IMG/VR virus record: IMGVR_UViG_2703718822_000009
From: a virus
Taxonomy: Duplodnaviria > Heunggongvirae > Uroviricota > Caudoviricetes
Length of the DNA: 33,525 bases
Reading direction: 5' to 3' (one strand)
Shown here: positions 28,913-33,525 of the stretch, piece by piece
How positions within the stretch are numbered: the stretch's first letter is position 1
Layout of the letters: the number at the start of each line of letters is the position of its first letter
Made by a program: the position numbers and the translations under genes
The notes under the pieces: generated by a model
The model's input: only the letters and a program-made list of their open reading frames with translations
What the model was told of the DNA's origin: nothing
The model's database searches: none

Positions 28913-30586
28913 ATGAACCCCACTAAACGTCTGTTACTGGGTAACGACACCATTCAGCTGGTCAGTTGTTCCGTCATGCTTGAGCTGAACGCGTGCGGAC
29001 GCGGATTTATCACGGCCAGAACAGAGCAGAACTACACCGGGCGCCCCGTTCGTCTCGATATCGGATACGGAAACGACCTGGTGCGCTGGTTTACCGGATA
29101 CGTTGAACGCAGCCAGCCCGCTGAAAACGGCTCGGTGCGGCTTCTGATTCGTGAAATGGCGGGGATCCTTGATCACCCCTTCCCCTGTTCATTTCAGCAC
29201 CCGACAATGCGCACGGTCACACAGTGGCTGAGTGAGACCAGCGGGCTGGAAATCATCCTGCCGGACAACGCGGCTTACACTGACAGACCCGTTCCGCATT
29301 TCACGCACAGCGGCACGGGCTACGAACTGCTGGCCAGTCTGGGGCGTATTTTCTCCGTACCGGACTACATCTGGCATCCGTTACCGGACGGCGGCATTAT
29401 GGCCGCTGCCGCCGCGCAGGGGATGTTTTCCGGTCGCCCCGTCACCATCCCGCACGAGTTCAGCCAGGCATCAACGGGCGGACACAGTATGACCCTCCCG
29501 ATGATTCAGACGCTGCGACCGGGTGTGGAGGTGAACGGTCAGCGCCTGACGATGGTCATGCTGGAAGATGACAACATGACCATCACGTGGACACCACGCA
29601 ATAAAGCCACCGGCGCCCCCCTCCAGAAGTCCCCTTTCCGTCGCCAGGCTGAAAAGGCCTTCCCTGAACTGGCATCAGGGCTTCACCTGCCCAAACTGGC
29701 ACGTGTTGAGGCGCCGACCGAAGCCGTCAGCGCGGGCAATATTGCCGACCCGTTCAGACCCCGCTACGCGGTGAATCTCCAGCTGCTTGACGAGAACGGC
29801 AACCCGGCAGCGGATACGCCCGTTTATAACGCCGTTCCCCTCCCCGTTCCTATGGCGGGCAGTGAGTCCGGCATGTTCCAGTTCCCGCCACCCGGAACCC
29901 TGGTGGAAGTGGGATTTGTGGAAGGCCGGGCGGATAAGCCCTTCATCCGCCAGATAATGGCAGAGGGCCACAATCTGCCCGACGTGAAGCCGGGCGAGCA
30001 GTTGCAGCAACAGCGCGACGGCGTATCGCAGCGCGTGACGGTCGCCGGAGACTGGGAGCGCCAGACAGACCAGCGGATACAGGAGACATCACGCGAGCGC
30101 GTGGTGAGCGCAGACGAGGAGACGCGGAGCCTGACCAGCCGGGAGACCACCATACAGGCAACCGACACAACCACCGTCCTGGGCGTATCCACGCTTCAGG
30201 CTGGCGCAGTCACCCATATCACTGAAGAGAACTACAGCATCAGCACGGGCGGGCACATGATGGTGGTTGCCGGTACCTGTGAGCGCGACGTGGAAGGCGA
30301 CACACTGGACACCGTGGGCGGCAGCCTTACCGAAAAGATTAAGGGCGTCCGTCACAGTATTGCGCTGGCGCAGAAGCTGGTTGGCGATACGGTGAAGCTG
30401 GGAAACGAGGGCATTAATGTACTGACCATGCTGACGGACCTTGCCGATGTGGTGGAAGAGCTGGCCGATATTACGGCATCACATACCCACCCCAAAACGG
30501 GCACGTCTCCGCAGGCCGCACAGTTCAGCCAGGTCGCTCAGGAGTGCCGCCAGCTTAAAAATAAATATTCACCAATAATCGAATAA
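28913..30586 (+). CDS. Putative baseplate hub/central spike protein (gpD/gpV- or VgrG-like)
   Basis: 557 aa; internal GMFQFPPPGTLVEVGFVEGRADKPFI resembles the OB-fold spike motif of gp5/gpV/VgrG proteins (pattern-level). Last gene of the late operon. Confidence 0.55.
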   Translation: MNPTKRLLLGNDTIQLVSCSVMLELNACGRGFITARTEQNYTGRPVRLDIGYGNDLVRWFTGYVERSQPAENGSVRLLIREMAGILDHPFPCSFQHPTMRTVTQWLSETSGLEIILPDNAAYTDRPVPHFTHSGTGYELLASLGRIFSVPDYIWHPLPDGGIMAAAAAQGMFSGRPVTIPHEFSQASTGGHSMTLPMIQTLRPGVEVNGQRLTMVMLEDDNMTITWTPRNKATGAPLQKSPFRRQAEKAFPELASGLHLPKLARVEAPTEAVSAGNIADPFRPRYAVNLQLLDENGNPAADTPVYNAVPLPVPMAGSESGMFQFPPPGTLVEVGFVEGRADKPFIRQIMAEGHNLPDVKPGEQLQQQRDGVSQRVTVAGDWERQTDQRIQETSRERVVSADEETRSLTSRETTIQATDTTTVLGVSTLQAGAVTHITEENYSISTGGHMMVVAGTCERDVEGDTLDTVGGSLTEKIKGVRHSIALAQKLVGDTVKLGNEGINVLTMLTDLADVVEELADITASHTHPKTGTSPQAAQFSQVAQECRQLKNKYSPIIE

Positions 30587-30600
30587 TCATTCACTTTAAC

Positions 30601-30627
30601 AGGCCGCGCAATGTGGCCTTTTTTATT
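30601..30627 (+). terminator. Putative intrinsic terminator ending the late operon
   Basis: Stem aggccgc / gtggcct (one G-U pair) with a 5-nt loop, followed by a T-run. Confidence 0.5.
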
Positions 30628-30699
30628 CCCCCGACAATAAAAAATATTCATCACCGGACATCACCCACCACGAAAAAACCGTCCGCAGCAGAAAAAAAG

Positions 30700-31280
30700 A
30701 TGGACGAAACGCCCCACGTAATCCCCACGTAAAACGTCGCGTAACGAAGAGATAACCCCGCCAGCCTGATTCGATCCCCTGACATCAGAAAACGATTTCT
30801 GCGCCCCAAAATCGCCGCAAATGGCCGGAAATTTTCGGGGGCGACGTAACGCGTAAAGTGACGTAATCGGCGCTACCCCGCACACGCCTCCGGTATTTGT
30901 GTACGATAAATTTTGCAAATCGAAAGGGGTGCAAAACACCCCGCCAGGGCGCGCCATTACTGAGGATTTCCCTTCTGAATGGTTTTGCACTTTGTGCAAG
31001 GTTTTGCAAAAGTGTGCAAAAACTCCGGCTTTCTGAGGATCCCGAAAAATTTTAATGCACTGAATAACAAGAGATTTTTAAAATTACGTCACGATCGAAG
31101 ATCTGAAAAAGGATCCGACGACGAAAACGAAAAAATCAGGAAAGCCAGAACTGGCGCGGCCTGGCGGGGAGTGGCAGCAAAAATCACTTTTGCACACTTT
31201 TGCACAACTGCTCCGAAAAAGGATGGCGAAGGGGAAGGAAAAACAGCCACGTCATCCGTTGCACGTAACGGACGTAAAAG
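30700..31280. repeat. Repeat-rich non-coding region: CGTAA-type repeats, DnaA-box-like 9-mers, GATC cluster
   Basis: (C/G)ACGTAA repeats in three clusters (30715-30745, 30843-30866, 31248-31280). Relaxed DnaA-box matches TTTTGCACA at 31188-31196 and 31198-31206 and an inverted set at 30982-31020. Three GATC within about 30 bp at 31090-31125 in an AT-rich stretch. Confidence 0.4.
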
Positions 31281-31440
31281 GTAAATTACGCGCGGGTGCC
31301 TTTCGGCTGACGGCTGGAAGGATTACCTGAAGGCCGGATGAGGAAAGGCCCCGAGTCAAACATTTGTTTAACCCGAGGCCCTAACCCATCTACCTCGCAA
31401 GTGGAAGGTTAGCGCCTCCCTGTAAAAGGAGTCAAGCGCT

Positions 31441-31581
31441 ATGCCGCAAAAAACGATCATAGTGAGCATTTTATGCATAACTATTTTGATGATTGTCTGG
31501 ATGATACACAAGTCACCGTGTGAGTTCAGGCTTAACATCATGTGGTCAGAATTTGCGGCGTTCTTGCAGTGTAAACAGTAA
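31441..31581 (+). CDS. Hok/Gef-family type I toxin (46 aa)
   Basis: Hand translation MPQKTIIVSILCITILMIVWMIHKSPCEFRLNIMWSEFAAFLQCKQ: TM helix then K-S-x-C-E-x-R and E-x-A-A-F, as in Hok/Gef proteins; AAGGAG RBS. Confidence 0.8.
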   Translation: MPQKTIIVSILCITILMIVWMIHKSPCEFRLNIMWSEFAAFLQCKQ

Positions 31582-31671
31582 GAAACCGCAGCGGGGGTGA
31601 AAGCCCCCGCTATCCGGTTGCCGGGTTCGGTCGATATGGCACCCTTTCTCCGTTGGATTACAGACGTATTT

Positions 31672-31697
31672 GCCCGCGACATGCGGGCCTTTTTGTT
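31672..31697 (+). terminator. Intrinsic terminator of hok-like locus 1
   Basis: gcccgc / gcgggc stem with a 5-nt loop, followed by CTTTTTGTT. Confidence 0.6.
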
Positions 31698-31900
31698 CAG
31701 TTGTATTTATTGTGGTCGTTACTGGCAGTGGTATTAACTGATTTTGCATGAATAGCACAAATTTTTTCCACGATAACACCACACGCTTCAAGATCTTCCG
31801 GGCGTGAAACCTTTATTTTTGTAATAGTCTCAGGATTATCAGCCGTTCCACTTTGCACAACCTCAATTTCAATTTTTTTTCTTGAAAGAATCATTTTCAT
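31697..31900 (-). CDS. Hypothetical small protein between the two hok-like loci
   Basis: 67-aa ORF (MKMILSRKKIEIEVVQSG...), weak RBS, AT-rich; may be a remnant. Confidence 0.25.
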   Translation of the reverse strand: MKMILSRKKIEIEVVQSGTADNPETITKIKVSRPEDLEACGVIVEKICAIHAKSVNTTASNDHNKYN

Positions 31901-32003
31901 CGCCCCGACACAGGACAGAGTAAGCCTGTGCGAAAGAATATCACCAGTGCGATAGCGTTGTCTGCTTCAACGCCAGGCATTGCACACACAAAGGGAAATC
32001 AGT

Positions 32004-32340
32004 ACATTACACGCGGGTGCCTTTCGGCTGATGGCTGGAAGGATTACCTGAAGGCCGGATGTGGAAAGGCCCCGAGTCAACTTTAATGTTAACCCGAGGC
32101 CCTAACACTTCCTACCGTGACAAGTGGAAGGTTAGCGCCTCCCTGTANNNNNNNNNNNNNNNNNNNNNNNNNNNNNNNNNNNNNNNNNNNNNNNNNNNNN
32201 NNNNNNNNNNNNNNNNNNNNNNNNNNNNNNNNNNNNNNNNNNNNNNNNNNNNNNNNNNNNNNNNGGTCGATATGGCACCCTTTCTCCGTTGAATTACATA
32301 GACATTTGCCCGCGATATGCGGGCTATATTTTTATTTTTT
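32004..32340 (+). other. hok/sok-like locus, copy 2 (interior replaced by an N-run)
   Basis: 5' arm 32004-32147 and 3' arm 32265-32340 are closely similar to copy 1 (same GGGTGCC / GGCACCC pair and the same gcccgc...gcgggc terminator at 32308-32324); the toxin ORF region is masked by N. Confidence 0.55.
32148..32264. other. Run of N (assembly gap or masked sequence)
   Basis: 117 consecutive N characters inside hok-like copy 2. Confidence 0.95.
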
Positions 32341-33525
32341 GAATAGGTTAATAAATTCAGGTTTTTTCTTATCTCCTGCTTCCCTTCGTTTAACCCAACA
32401 ACACCCTGACTGAAGTAAACAGACAAATTCATCCTGCTTCAGCTCTAAGGTGTCTTTAAGTTTTAATTGTTTTTTCGCAGCATCAGGAACAAAAACATCA
32501 ACAATAATCTTTCCGGGGTCATACAGTTGAGTTTCAATCAGCACAGGTAATTTATGGACAGGTCTGGGTTCCATACGAGAAAAAGAAAACTCACCATCCA
32601 TCACACCATCAAAAGTACTTACAGAATCGTAACCAGAAAAGCACTCATATTTCACCTGAAGAACAACAGCATCATCAAGCTTTAAAAAATCGCAATAAGA
32701 ATCATACGCTAGGCGATCACTATAAAAAACATCACCGCGATTAAACTGAAAGGAATCCCCTTGCGTCCAAATTTCATAATTAAAAAACTCTGTTTTTACT
32801 GGGGTAAGTTTTATATCCAAAGAATCCTTGTAACACTCTTTTACAGCAAAGCGCCAACCAGCTGCGTAACCATCAACAAATACCGCAATCAACGCATTAC
32901 TACGGCGAAACTCCCTTACAGTACGGATAGAAAGCGAGAACTCATCTATCATACTCTTGTAAGTGTTAACATCCTTCTCAAGCGATTTACTGATATCATT
33001 CTCAACCACGCAGTCTTGCTCAAGAGGAATTTCACCAGTATCAATAAAATTGATAAATTGTTCTTCTGTCAGAATAATTACGCCATAATCGCTGGCTTTC
33101 TGAACTTTCCGCCACCCTTTGTTCTTTCCTACACAAAGGAAAAACAAACTTTTTCCAACATCAGACTTAACATCAATACCATTTTCTTTTGCAAAAGCGC
33201 TTAAGCGAGATTTATCAGACTGGTCAAATCCGGTAAAACAAATTGAAATTGAATTCTTTTTGGGTGAAGATTTTCGGGGGGGGGCAATATACTGACTGAA
33301 ATCAGTTTCAGACGCAACCTTATTCAACTCCTGGTCGCTAGAAAACATCTGAATAACACGGTCTTTCAAAAAGGTACGAAATGCGCGACGAGTTAAAGAG
33401 TATCCTTGTAAATAATCCCCTTTTTCAGCCACCTTTATCACGCATTGAGCCGACAACTCCCCTCTACCGTTAACATACAGAAAAAACGCCTCTTTATTTT
33501 CGTTTATCATTTCCCTATCAAACAT
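32332..33525 (-). CDS. BRCT-domain protein with uncharacterised C-terminal domain (start at window edge; may be 5'-truncated)
   Basis: 397-aa ORF in a visibly AT-rich segment. Residues about 95-165 (ISICFTGFDQSDKSRLSAFAKENGIDVKSDVGKSLFFLCVGKNKGWRKVQKASDYGVIILTEEQFINFI) resemble the LigA BRCT domain (pattern-level); the C-terminal ~230 aa has no recognisable motif. Confidence 0.65.
   Translation of the reverse strand: MFDREMINENKEAFFLYVNGRGELSAQCVIKVAEKGDYLQGYSLTRRAFRTFLKDRVIQMFSSDQELNKVASETDFSQYIAPPRKSSPKKNSISICFTGFDQSDKSRLSAFAKENGIDVKSDVGKSLFFLCVGKNKGWRKVQKASDYGVIILTEEQFINFIDTGEIPLEQDCVVENDISKSLEKDVNTYKSMIDEFSLSIRTVREFRRSNALIAVFVDGYAAGWRFAVKECYKDSLDIKLTPVKTEFFNYEIWTQGDSFQFNRGDVFYSDRLAYDSYCDFLKLDDAVVLQVKYECFSGYDSVSTFDGVMDGEFSFSRMEPRPVHKLPVLIETQLYDPGKIIVDVFVPDAAKKQLKLKDTLELKQDEFVCLLQSGCCWVKRREAGDKKKPEFINLFKK

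Larger units (their letters stand above)
31282..31697 (+). other. hok/sok-like type I toxin-antitoxin locus, copy 1 (mRNA with 5'/3' fold-back complementarity)
   Basis: 5' GGGTGCC (31294-31300) is complementary to 3' GGCACCC (31638-31644); the 3' segment CCCTTTCTCCGTTG resembles the hok mRNA fbi region as recalled; terminator at the 3' end. Confidence 0.7.

Noticed and set aside
30755-30790. tRNA-like TTCGATCCC motif as a possible tRNA 3' end / attR core
   Set aside because: The flanking sequence does not form a T-arm stem or acceptor stem; no CCA-proximal structure; likely coincidental.
30661-31284. ORFs in the repeat region (30661..30999 -, 30785..31009 -, 30979..31284 +)
   Set aside because: Translations are low-complexity with no RBS and run through the DnaA-box/CGTAA repeats; the region appears non-coding.
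31368-31682. 104-aa minus-strand ORF overlapping the hok-like toxin gene
   Set aside because: Antisense to the hok ORF and its mRNA structure elements; any antisense product here would be a short Sok-like RNA, not a 104-aa protein.
1-33525. CRISPR arrays, rRNA or tRNA genes
   Set aside because: No regularly spaced direct repeats with unique spacers and no rRNA- or tRNA-like cloverleaf sequences were seen on either strand.

Overview
The window holds a nearly complete P2-like (Peduovirus-type) temperate prophage from about position 1 to 30,600, followed by a non-phage right flank. The prophage carries a P2-type integrase, a short C-type repressor with divergent cox-like gene, a long early operon of small unknown genes, a gpA rolling-circle replication initiator, Ogr, and the Q-P / O-N-M-L head module. 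The tail module is rearranged relative to P2: R/S-like, sheath/tube-like, then a lysis cassette (holin, orphan DNA methyltransferase, M15 endolysin, overlapping spanins), then a frameshifting tail chaperone, tape measure, W-J-I-H-G-like baseplate/fibre genes and a hub/spike protein. The right flank (about 30,630-33,525) contains a repeat-rich segment with DnaA-box-like, CGTAA and GATC motifs, two tandem hok-like type I toxin loci (one interrupted by an N-run), and an AT-rich BRCT-domain gene that starts at the window edge. The most unusual items are the methyltransferase embedded in the lysis cassette, a structured non-coding gap in the early operon, the three small genes after gpA, and the BRCT-domain gene. 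No rRNA, tRNA or CRISPR array was seen. All homology statements come from reading the ORF translations and from memory of protein families; no database search was run. The left prophage end (attL) lies outside the window.
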